From NCBI GenBank assembly GCA_964035545.1, contig CAXIUT010000141.1:1-18659 (forward strand): a DNA stretch of 18,659 nt. Direction: 5' to 3'. The notes beneath the pieces are model-generated. The model ran no database searches, was not told the DNA's origin, and worked only from the letters and a program-made list of their open reading frames with translations. Each line of letters opens with the position of its first letter. The stretch's first letter is position 1. Source of the DNA: Bugula neritina. Its lineage: Eukaryota > Animalia > Bryozoa. This document shows, piece by piece, positions 1-10,107 of the stretch. Made by a program: the position numbers and the translations under genes.

Positions 1-69
1 GTGAGAGAAGTCAAAATCAAAGGATACGAACTGCACAAAGTAGTATTCGGTTAGAAGATTGAAGAGTGA
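1..69 (+). CDS. 3' end of a TLDc-domain gene (partial; gene 0 of the tandem array)
   Basis: Frame 1 reads VREVKIKGYELHKVVFGEKIEE then TGA at 67-69. Nearly identical to the ends of the genes at 2245-2313 and 5091-5159. Confidence 0.9.
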
Positions 70-189
70 TTCAGTAGATAGTTTAAAGTATATTAATATC
101 ATTAAAACAATAACTATCAATCTTTATTTGATAGATGTTCTTACAAGAATTATTATTAAGATAATATAATAAATTCTTACAAATCAAAA

Positions 190-2313
190 ATGAATAAAGA
201 AAAGATGAAGCCTAAAATTCAAAGTGTAAAATAATTTTATCAGAATAATTCAGATTTAAAGTATGAACATAGTCATGAGATTCATAAAGTTGAGTACAAT
301 TCACTCAAATACTATTTTACATATGCTCAAACAAATGAGTGGTTTTCGTTAAATAATGAGTGTTTGTTGTTTATTCTTCAAAGCTAAGATAACTAGCTAT
401 CAATAGGCTATACTAAATCTGTTCAAATACTTCCTTCGAGTTCAAAACCTATTCCAGTTCTTCAGGCTGTAATTCCTTTAAATAAAATAATTTAGTGTGA
501 TTTATCATATAACTGTCTTAGTATAACCTCAAGATAAGATAAAGAATGGAAATTCTACTTTTTTGGAAATAAAAACAACTAAATCGGAGACTAATGGAAT
601 CGTTTAATAAACTTACTTAAAATCAATATTTATAGTGATAATTAAATTTTTAATCTTTTGAAATCTTGTACCATGAAAAGAGTTCATCGTAAAGATATTT
701 AATTAGAAAATTGCAGCAATAAAAAAATGAATAAATAGGAATAAAATAACAATAAACAATAAAATTCAACAATGTTTTTTTTAAAACCTGTTATTAAAAC
801 AATTGAAAGATAAGGTTATGAAGTATGTGAAAAATTCATTAAAAAAATTGATTATTTTAAAGAAGAAATACAGTCAAACATTATTAATCAAAAATAAAAT
901 ATAAAATAAAACAATGATTTAGATCTTAAGGAATCTGAAAAAATGTCTTCGATGGAAGAAATTATAAAAGAGTTTCAAAATAAAATATTCTAATATGAAA
1001 AAATAGTATCTAACAAAAATAGTTAATTAGAAAAAATAAATACTCTCTGCAATAAAATAAGAAAATAAAGAGATAATTATGAAAAACTGTTAAATGCAAC
1101 TTCTTAAAATATTCAAAATAAATAAAATTAGATAAAGAAATAAAATACTATTGCGAAAGAATAAATAAAAAACAGAAAGAAATTAGAAAATTAACTCAGT
1201 TTAATTTCAAAATAATTTGAAAAAAATAAAAAGTAAAAAAGTAAATTAGAATAGAATCTTGCATAAGTAAAATAGAATTTAATTAATCTAAAATAATCTC
1301 ATAGAGAATCTATATAAAATCTATAGAGTGTTAATAATCAGTTGAAAGTAAAGAGTGAAAATATTCTTGATGAGAAGAAAAAAGTTGAATAAAAACTAGA
1401 AAGCATTTCAGGTCAACTAAAAAGTCAACAAATATCACTAGAGAAATAGATAAAGAAAAATAAATAACTAGAAACCTAGATCTCAGATAAAGAAAAGCTA
1501 CTTGAAGATTAAAAGACAAACAGTGTAAAACTATTGCAACAACAAAAAGATAAATATTAGAATTAAGTAAACAAAGTCAATAAAGAAATGAAGTAAAACA
1601 AAATCCAATACTAGTCTTAGAAGTAGCAGTTGATTGACAAGATGAGAGTACTGACTGTTGAGGTTTAGATTCTGAAATAAAGCAAAGAAGAACTCCAACT
1701 AGTCAGAAACACTCTCTCTCAGAAAGAAGAGTAGCTCTCGTACTTCAAAGCTAAGTCACAGTAGCCATCGTTTTCTCTCTTTTTCCACGCTAAAGTGCTT
1801 GCTTAGCAGACTTAGCACAAAAAGGTGATGAAAAAGTATATCGAAGGCATGAAGAAGCACAAAATAGTTTCGACTGAACTCCTATTCGCAGCCGATGCCT
1901 TGAACCCGACTTCTTTCCACAAGTACATCGACGAAATCCCCGACATAGCTTTAGTCGTGTGCACAGAGACAGGCAACTACATCGGAGGCTTCTCTGAGAG
2001 TCCTTTCCATAGCAAAGAGGCAGCTAGCAAAGGAGGCATCATCTTCTCTCTGACTCAGAAGAAAGTCTTTTCCATTCTTCCTGGAAAGAGGTCAGTAGGC
2101 TACGACCCTTTCTACCTTCTCTTCGGCAACGCCTAGATCAGACTGAAACAGAATGAGTGGAAAGTCTTTTGTAACTTTGGGATTGCTAATGGCTTTTACA
2201 ACTCTAATGGAAGTGTAGTGAATGACCTTTTGGGTGAAGGAGGTGTGAGAGAAGTCAAAATCAAAGGATACGAACTGCATAAAGTAGTATTCGGTTAGAA
2301 GATTGCAGAGTGA
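190..2313 (+). CDS. Gene 1: PH-like N-terminal domain + coiled coil + C-terminal TLDc domain, 707 aa
   Basis: ATG 190 to TGA 2311-2313 with no in-frame TGA once TAA/TAG are read as sense. TLDc motifs at ~1870-2295: ELLFAA..SFHKYID, LVVCTETGNYIGGFSESPF, GIIFSL, FGNAEIRL, IKGYELHKV. K/E-rich heptads at ~900-1740. Confidence 0.9.
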
Positions 2314-2314
2314 T
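1290..2314 (+). repeat. Direct repeat copy A (~1.02 kb; distal coiled coil + TLDc), paired with 4137-5160
   Basis: Begins at AAAATAATCTCATAGAGAATCT in both copies. About a dozen differences by eye. Offset is 2847, becoming 2846 after the missing C. Confidence 0.95.
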
Positions 2315-2458
2315 TTACAACTCTTTAGAATTATTCGACTATTTATTTTATCGTAATAAGAAATAGTAAGAATAATTATAAAAAATATAATAAATTCTTG
2401 TTGATATTTATACTTGTATAATTATTTCTTGTAAAGTTAAGCACTGAATCAAAAGAGG

Positions 2459-5159
2459 ATGAAGCCAGAAGTTCAAAGCATTAAGAAATTCTATGATAAG
2501 TATTCTTTTCTCAAGTATCCGCATTCCAGGTAAATTAAATAGGTGAAGGTTAATTCAATCAGATATTATTCAACATATGCTCATACATAATCGTGGTTTG
2601 ATGATGAGTGTTTATTAGTTTTGTTACGGAGCTAAGACAACAAATTTTCAATTGGATATGCCAAAGAGATTCATAAATTTCCCTTAATCTAAACACCTAT
2701 ACCAGTTCTTACGACCCTTATTCCATTGGAAAGGATCACTTTAAAAGGAGTTAAAAATGGATAGCTCACTTTATAATTACAAAATCATGAAGATAGACAA
2801 TGGAAATTTAGGTTTTTTGAAGTCTAAAAAATAGCTTTAGAATGGAATCAACTATTAACTTCATTGAAGTCAAATGTTTACAATAAAGATCAAATCACTT
2901 ATGTTTTACAAATATTTACAAAAAAATGTTCTTAAGTTCAAAATATTTAGAACCAAGACTATTAAAAAACTACAAAAAAGTTTAATCGTCGCATAAAAGA
3001 AGAGAAACCTCATATGATTAATTTTAGTTCTGCTTTAAATAACTTAAATTCTGAAGAATATCAAGAATTAGCTAAAACAAAAGATCTTCTAAACAAATCT
3101 GAAGAATAATCAAACGAAAAGACATAACAGATAAACAGTTTGACAGCCTCGATAAATAGTTTAAAAAAAAGACTAGAACTAAAAGATAAGTAAGTGATTG
3201 ACAAAAAAGAAAAAAATGGATAATCAGTAGATTAAAAGATGAAATTATCATCATTGGAAAAAGGTTCTAAAGAAAATGTTTAAAAATTTGAACATTTAAA
3301 AAGATAAAACCAATAATTACGATAAAAAAATGATCAAATGTAGTAGAAAATAAGATAGAATGATAAAAACTTGATTGAATTTCAGACAAGTCTTTAAAAA
3401 TAAGACAAAGAGAATATAAAAGATAAAAATACTGAATTGGAAAAATAAAATAAATCTCTCCAAGATAAAATAAATAAATTTAAGAATCAAATAAATATTA
3501 TTCAGCTCGATGCAAAATCTGAAAAGGATAAATAAATAGAAAAATATAAACAGTTATTTGAAATCTTGAAAAATAAAAATACTTAATTATCAGAAATTTA
3601 AATTCAGAAGAACTAATATGTTAATAAAAATCTTTAACTTTCAAACAAGATCTCAGAAATGGAATAAAATAATAAAAAGTTATTAATAAAATAAGAAGGA
3701 TTGAAGATTAGGTTAAAATAAATTAAGAACAGAATAATACTCTTCGTTAATAAAAAGATAACTATGAAAAGAAGATAAAATAACTCTAAGAAAATAAATC
3801 AGAAATCGAAGGTCATTTATCAAAGAAAGATGCTTAGCTAAAATAAGTAAAGATATTATATGAGTCACAATAAAAAATCAATACTGATAAAATACAAGAG
3901 ATCTAAGAAATTAAACAAAAATATTCAAGTTAATTAGATAGGCAGGACAGTTTATTGAATAAATAGATAAGTAATGCTAATTCTTTGATAACTATAAAGC
4001 AACAATAAATATAAGAATTGAAAAAAGATAAAGAAAATCTTGAAGAGTAACTTGTTTTGGAAAGATCTAAAATATCAGAACTAAAAGAAGATTATTAGAA
4101 ATCTAAAATAAATCTTTAAAATACTATTTTAAAACAAAAATAATCTCATAGAGAATCTATATAAAATCTATAGAGTGTTAATAATCAGTTGAAAGTAAAG
4201 AGTGAAAATATTCTTGATGAGAAGAAAAAAGTTGAATAAAAACTAGAAAGCATTTCAGGTCAACTAAAAAATCAACAATTATCACTAGAGAAATAGATAA
4301 AGAAAAATAAGTAACTAGAAACCTAGATCTCAGATAAAGGAAAGCTACTTGAAGATTAAAAGACAAACAATGTAAAACTATTGCAACAACAAAAAGATAA
4401 ATATTAGAATTAAGTCAATAAAATCAATAAAGAAATGAAGTAAAACAAAATCCAATACTAGTCTTAGAAGTAGCAGTTGATTGACAAGATGAGAATACTG
4501 ACTGTTGAGGTTTAGATTCTGAAATAAAGCAAAGAAGAACTCCAACTAGTCAGAAACACTCTCTCTCAGAAAGAAGAGTAGCTCTCGTACTTCAAAGCTA
4601 AGTCACAGTAGCCATCGTTTTCTCTCTTTTTCCACGCTAAAGTGCTTGCTTAGCAGACTTAGCACAAAAAGGTGATGAAAAAGTATATCGAAGGCATGAA
4701 GAAGCACAAAATAGTTTCGACTGAACTCCTATTCGCAGCCGATGCCTTGAACCCGACTTCTTTCCACAAGTACATCGACGAAATCCCGACATAGCTTTAG
4801 TCGTGTGCACAGAGACAGGCAACTACATCGGAGGCTTCTCTGAGAGTCCTTTCCATAGCAAAGAGGCAGCTAGCAAAGGAGGCATCATCTTCTCTCTGAC
4901 TCAGAAGAAAGTCTTTTCCATTCTTCCTGGAAAGAGGTCAGTAGGCTACGACCCTTTCTACCTTCTCTTCGGCAACGCCTAGATCAGACTGAAACAGAAT
5001 GAGTGGAAAGTCTTTTGTAACTTTGGGATTGCTAATGGCTTTTACAACTCTAATGGAAGTGTAGTGAATGACCTTTTGGGTGAAGGAGGTGTGAGAGAAG
5101 TCAAAATCAAAGGATACGAACTGCATAAAGTAGTATTCGGTTAAAAGATTGAAGAGTGA
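2459..5159 (+). CDS. Gene 2: PH-like + long coiled coil + TLDc, ~900 aa after correcting two 1-nt frameshifts (~3675 and ~4786)
   Basis: MKPEVQSIKKFY is homologous to the gene 1 start. The frame switches at the A run 3674-3678, and at CCC 4785-4787 where the gene 1 copy has CCCC. The 3' ~1 kb is nearly identical to gene 1. Ends at TGA 5157-5159. Confidence 0.8.
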
Positions 5160-5160
5160 T
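4137..5160 (+). repeat. Direct repeat copy B of 1290-2314
   Basis: Same sequence as copy A, also reflected in the duplicated shadow ORFs of the supplied track (1331 vs 4178, 2092 vs 4938). Confidence 0.95.
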
Positions 5161-5282
5161 GATTCAGTAGATAGTTTAAAGTATATTAATATCATTAAAA
5201 CAATAACTATCAATCTTTATTTGATAGATGTTCTTACAAGAATTATTATTAAGATAATATAATAAATTCTTACAAAATCAAA
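5091..5282 (+). repeat. Near-identical copy of 1-188 (TLDc 3' end plus the whole intergenic spacer)
   Basis: TCAGTAGATAGTTTAAAGTATATTAATATCATT...AATAAATTCTTACAAA is shared, differing by a few substitutions and small indels. Confidence 0.93.
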
Positions 5283-5285
5283 TAA

Positions 5286-6927
5286 ATGAATCAAGAGATG
5301 AGGCCTTGTGTTCAAAGTGTAAAGAAATTCTATGAAGCGAATTCAAATCTCAAGTATCAGCATTGTGAATAGATCAAATAGGTAAAGGCTAATTCATTAA
5401 AATACTATTTTACATATGCTTAAACATAGTAGTGGTTTAATAGTGAATGTCTATTGGTTTTGTTACGAACCTCAGACAACAAATTTTCAATTGGATATGC
5501 CAAAGAGTTTCATAAATTTCCTTTAATCTAATAACCTATACCATTTCTTAAATATATTATTCCTTTGAATAAAACTACCCCGAAAGGAGTTAAAAATGGA
5601 TAACTCACTTTATAATTATTGATACAAAGAGATAGATAATGGAAATTTAAGTTTTTTGGAGTATAAAAAATAGCTCTTCAATGGAATCAACTATTAACTT
5701 CATTGAAGTCAAATGTTTACAATGAAAATCAAATAACTTATATTTTACAAATCTTTACAAAAAAATGTTCTTAAGTTCAAAATATTTAGAACCAAGACTA
5801 TTAAAAAACTCTAAAGATGTCAAACAATTACAAAAAAGTAGAAAAATCTCTTAGTTCTGCTTTGAATAAGTTAAATTTTGAGGAATAATAGAAATAAGTA
5901 AATCTAGAATAAAAAATGAACTAATTGTAGAATAACAAGGCAAAAATAAACTCCAAATATAATATAAAATAAGAACAGTTATCTCAATAATTTAAAATAT
6001 TAGAAAAATAAAAGAATTAGATCTAAACTAAAAACAACTAAATAAAGACCTAAATGGTCTAAAATAATTAAAAATAGATTGAACATCAGTTAAACTAAGA
6101 CTAATAAGATAATGGAAGCATGATACTTTTAAAAATAGAATCCTAGATATTTTAATAATATCAAGAATTTGTGGCATAAGAATAATAACTTCAATTTTCA
6201 AAAGAGAAAAATCAGCTACTTCAAAAAGAAAATACGTATGAGATAAATGCTTTAAAACTAAAAAATTAAGTATAGTAATATAAAATTAATCTACAAAGAA
6301 AAGATATTGAATTAAAATAAATAAAGATTCTCTATTAATAATTAAAAAACGAAAAGGATGACAAAGTAAAGGAGATTCAAGATATTTTCCTTTTGAAATA
6401 ACATTAATCAAATCTCCATATTCATAATTTGAAAAATGAGATCAGTTTTCAACAAAAACAATTCGAATCATTAAAAATTAGTAAAGAAAATGTTGATTAA
6501 GAACTTGTTTCAGAAAAAAAAAAAAATATATAACTTAAACAATTTTATTAAAATTCCTTATCAAATCTTAAAAGTATCAATAGAAAACAAGAATATCTCA
6601 ATTTAAAAGGAAAAAGTACAATAATTACTTAATAATATTTTGGGTTAATTAAATTGTCATCAAAGGTAACTTTCAAAAGAAAAAGAAAAAAAATCTGAAA
6701 CAAAAGTTTAAGTATTAAGGAAAGGTGATTTTGAAGAAGAAGATTAAACTAAATTTTATAAGAAAAATCAAAAATAAAATTCAATTTAAAATATTGAAAA
6801 TATTGAAAAAATGATTAAAAAGTCTGAAATTTTGGAGAAATAATTAGCTGATCAAAGCTAAGTTCTTAAATCAATGAAAAATCAGCTAAAGTTGACTATG
6901 AGCAGAAATCCAGAAAAGAATGAATGA
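5286..6927 (+). CDS. Gene 3: PH-like + coiled coil paralog lacking TLDc; frameshift at ~6582, possibly decaying
   Basis: MNQEMRPCVQSVKKFY, with an N-terminus very close to gene 2. Frame 3 stays open to TGA 6696-6698, but homology to gene 1 (KKKVEEKLESISGQL vs KEKVQELLNNILGEL) continues in frame 1 from ~6583 to TGA 6925-6927. Confidence 0.72.
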
Positions 6928-6997
6928 ATGATGAATCTTGCATAAATAAGTATTAATATTTTGGTTTGATTTTTGTAAGAATGTATTATATTTTATC

Positions 6998-8136
6998 ATG
7001 ACGGACACTCAAGATCAGGACCAAAAGGAAAAAGTTCAATCGTACAACATTCCAAACAATCATGAAAATAAGATTATCTTTAATTCTGGAGGACCAAATG
7101 GTGGAAAATATGCTGTTAAAAACCAAGAAGTTATACATAAAAAGAAGAACATTTTGGAACCAATACCTGAAGTTAGTTTGACCAACTATAATCTCAATGG
7201 CTTTAACAGTACTTCTATTGATACTGTAGTTGCTAATTCTGTTTAAATAGTTAGCTTATTTAAAAAACTCAAAAATAATGTTAATGATCGTTCATCCGAT
7301 TCACCAGAAGATAGAGAGCTGAAATAGATTTTTTATTCTCTAGAAGAGAAAATTAATGAGAAACCAGTGTTTATGAGCAATGAAGATGCTGCTTCAGAGG
7401 AAGATAAAGTCAGTAGTTGCAATTCTCTATCTAGGATGGTGAAATAAGAGAAAATTTAGACTAAAGATCAGAGATTTAATGCTTATTAAACAAGACTCAG
7501 AGAGGCACTTTTTAAGACTTATGACAACTTGATGAAAGCTAATGCAAAAATAAAATCTTTGCAATCGAAAAATGGAAAAAATTCTAGAACTATTTAACCA
7601 TTAATTGAGGAAATTAACAACCTCAGAGCTAAAGTAATCATCTTAAGAAATAGAACCGTTAGTTGAAAAAAGAATTAAAAATAAAATAAGAGGAAGCTTT
7701 AAAGCAGGTTGAAAGTTTTTTCAATCAAGAACAAGATTTTTATACGAAAAATGATAAAAGAAAGACAACATAAAAAGAAGAAAGTCCAAAGAACGAGCTT
7801 GAACAGAAATATCAAAGAAATAGTGTTGAAGTAAGATTTACTCCTGAATAAATTCTTGATAAAAGAAATTCAGTTGATACAGCAGGAAGTCCAAACTAAA
7901 GTGACAATTCTTCGAGATTTAATGGCTACCGAAACTCAGCATCTTAAAGTTAAAGTTTATCTTATAATTTAAATGACTTAGAGGATCGAAGAAGCGCATA
8001 AATTGAATGGGAAGTAACAAAGCGAAAATAATTTTTGGATAGAGAATCAAAATAAAGCAAAAGTAGTTCTTCATATGTTAGCGCTCATTATAAAGCATTT
8101 TAAGAGGATTATAAAAACTAAGAGATTAGAAAATGA
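6998..8136 (+). CDS. Gene 4: hypothetical protein with central coiled coil and Ser-rich, probably disordered tail, ~379 aa (one 1-nt frameshift at ~7632)
   Basis: ATG 6998 in frame 2. Adding one A at AAA 7631-7633 joins it to frame 1 (NLRAKSNHLKKENRELKKELK), which runs to TGA 8134-8136. No similarity to the PH-like family was seen. Confidence 0.7.
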
Positions 8137-8295
8137 TTTGAAGACATCAATTAAATTACAAAGGTATTTATTAATAAAATAAAATAAAATAAAATAATAT
8201 TGATCATTTACTATCAAAATCTTTTTGATTAATATTTTTTAGATTGTATTTGATAAAATTAGCTCCAAATTTTATTAAGAAGTATAAAAAAAATC

Positions 8296-9729
8296 ATGAG
8301 TAGATTATAAGATAGATTTGTGACTGAAAAGTTACCCAATATGAAAAGATCATCAATAAATGGTGATAGTAGGAGTTATGTCAAGTGTTTTGAGGTCAAT
8401 GGGAAAAGAGATTTCTATTCTTTTGTCTAAACAACTGACGGAAAACCTAGTAATATTAAAAAGATCAATCTAGAACAATATCAAGAATTAATATTTCAAG
8501 AATCATCTTTGGAGATCCATCCTAACTAACATTAGTTTTATCTAAAACAGATCGAAGGTCTTTAAATTGAGAAAAGGATTTATCAAAACAAGATAACTAC
8601 TATCTAACTAAAACATAGTTAAGCAATTTAGGGCTATTAATTTCTTAAATTGTGTCATAGAGATTGTGAAGATAAAGATTTGGAGAGAAAACAATAGATA
8701 TTGAGATTGTAAAAATAAAATATTAATCTTTTAGATCGATGTGATAGATTATAGAGACATATTGAGAGATATGACAAAGAAAAATTACTTTAGAAATAAG
8801 AGATTCCTTGTTTATTATTGTTGTTTAAGACAATAATAAAGAGATAGGAATAAAATATCTTTCTTAAATTATCTGATATAGAGAAAAAATTTAATGATTT
8901 TGATAAAAATATAGCTGGATTGCTCATTCTAGAATAAGAAAATACAAAAGATCAGCTCAATACTAAAGATCTTGTTTAATAAAAATTGAAAGAATTATCC
9001 CAGGTAAAAAGTTAGTTCTAAAATTTGAATAAATAAGCTAATTATTAAAGAGAACGTTATCCAAAACACTAAGAATTGATACATTAGTAATAAAGAAGTT
9101 AAGTTAGATAAAAACTATAAAATAGTTTTAATTTGGTTGAAAAGAATATAAATAGCATAAATCTAAAGATTATAAAACTTAAAGAACAATGTGAATAATG
9201 TTCATTAAAATTGAAAAAATATGTTTAATAATTTGACTAAAAGAAATAAATGGGCAAATTAATATAAATCTAACTATTTGAAAAACTAGATTAATTAAAA
9301 AGTCTCAGAATAATGTACTATAAGGTTCTTTAATAAGCATAATAATCTTAAAATTCAAAAGATAGTTTTAAATCAATCTTAGAAGAAATGCCTAAAGTAA
9401 AATGGAGAAAGAAAAATACTTCTAAAGTTACAATTAAAAATATATAGAATACTCAACATCTAATTATCAAAGGATTAAACAGAAAAAAACTATTCTTTAA
9501 AAAATAATAAAATAAAATTGATATATCAAGTCAAAGTTAGCTTGAAGTAGATGAAGAAGGAAAATTAAAAGAAAAATCACTTTCTAATAAAAATTAAAAT
9601 CTATAGATAAATATAAGAAATTTTGTTTAGATTAGAAATAATTAAGAGAACTCTAATGAAAATTCTGAAAGTGGAAGTTAAAGTTTCTCTTAATACCGTA
9701 GAGCAGTATAGGATGATTTTCCTTTTTGA
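8296..9729 (+). CDS. Gene 5: hypothetical coiled-coil protein, 477 aa; N-terminal ~100 aa beta-rich, possibly a divergent PH-like fold
   Basis: Uninterrupted frame from ATG 8296 to TGA 9727-9729. N-terminal YVKCFEVNGKRDFYSFVET..KKINLEQY..LEI..FYLK, then K/E-rich helices. Confidence 0.75.
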
Positions 9730-10107
9730 TTTTTCTTAATCTTCTTTTGCTATTTTTGGAAAGATATAAAAGAAAGTAATCTAAATATTTTTTTTAATTA
9801 ATAAGACTTTTAATGTTTAATTAATCATTTTAAAGAAATAAATCATAAATTTAACTACATTAGTCCGTGAAAGGTAATTATTAAATTCAACTATCAAGAA
9901 AATAAACTTTGAAAAAAAAGTATTTTAAAAATATTGATCCAAAAAATGTATAAATCAATATTTTTTGATAATTAAGAACAATTGAACACACATATTCTTG
10001 TTTTTTCAGAATAAAGTGAAATATCTTATATTATTGACTAATCAAATTAACATTTTTTATATTTTTCTTGTTCAAAAGATAGTTTATAAAAATAAAGTAT
10101 CAATAGT

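Noticed and set aside
1290-5160. The 1-kb direct repeats as LTRs of a retroelement
   Set aside because: They are in-frame coding sequence (coiled coil + TLDc), and no RT, integrase or transposase motifs lie between them.
1331-5213. Minus-strand ORFs in the supplied track (1331-1519, 2092-2280, 3072-3254, 4178-4366, 4637-4822, 4938-5213)
   Set aside because: Antisense shadows, mostly F/L/I-rich, of K/E-rich + strand genes. Their duplication only mirrors the direct repeat.
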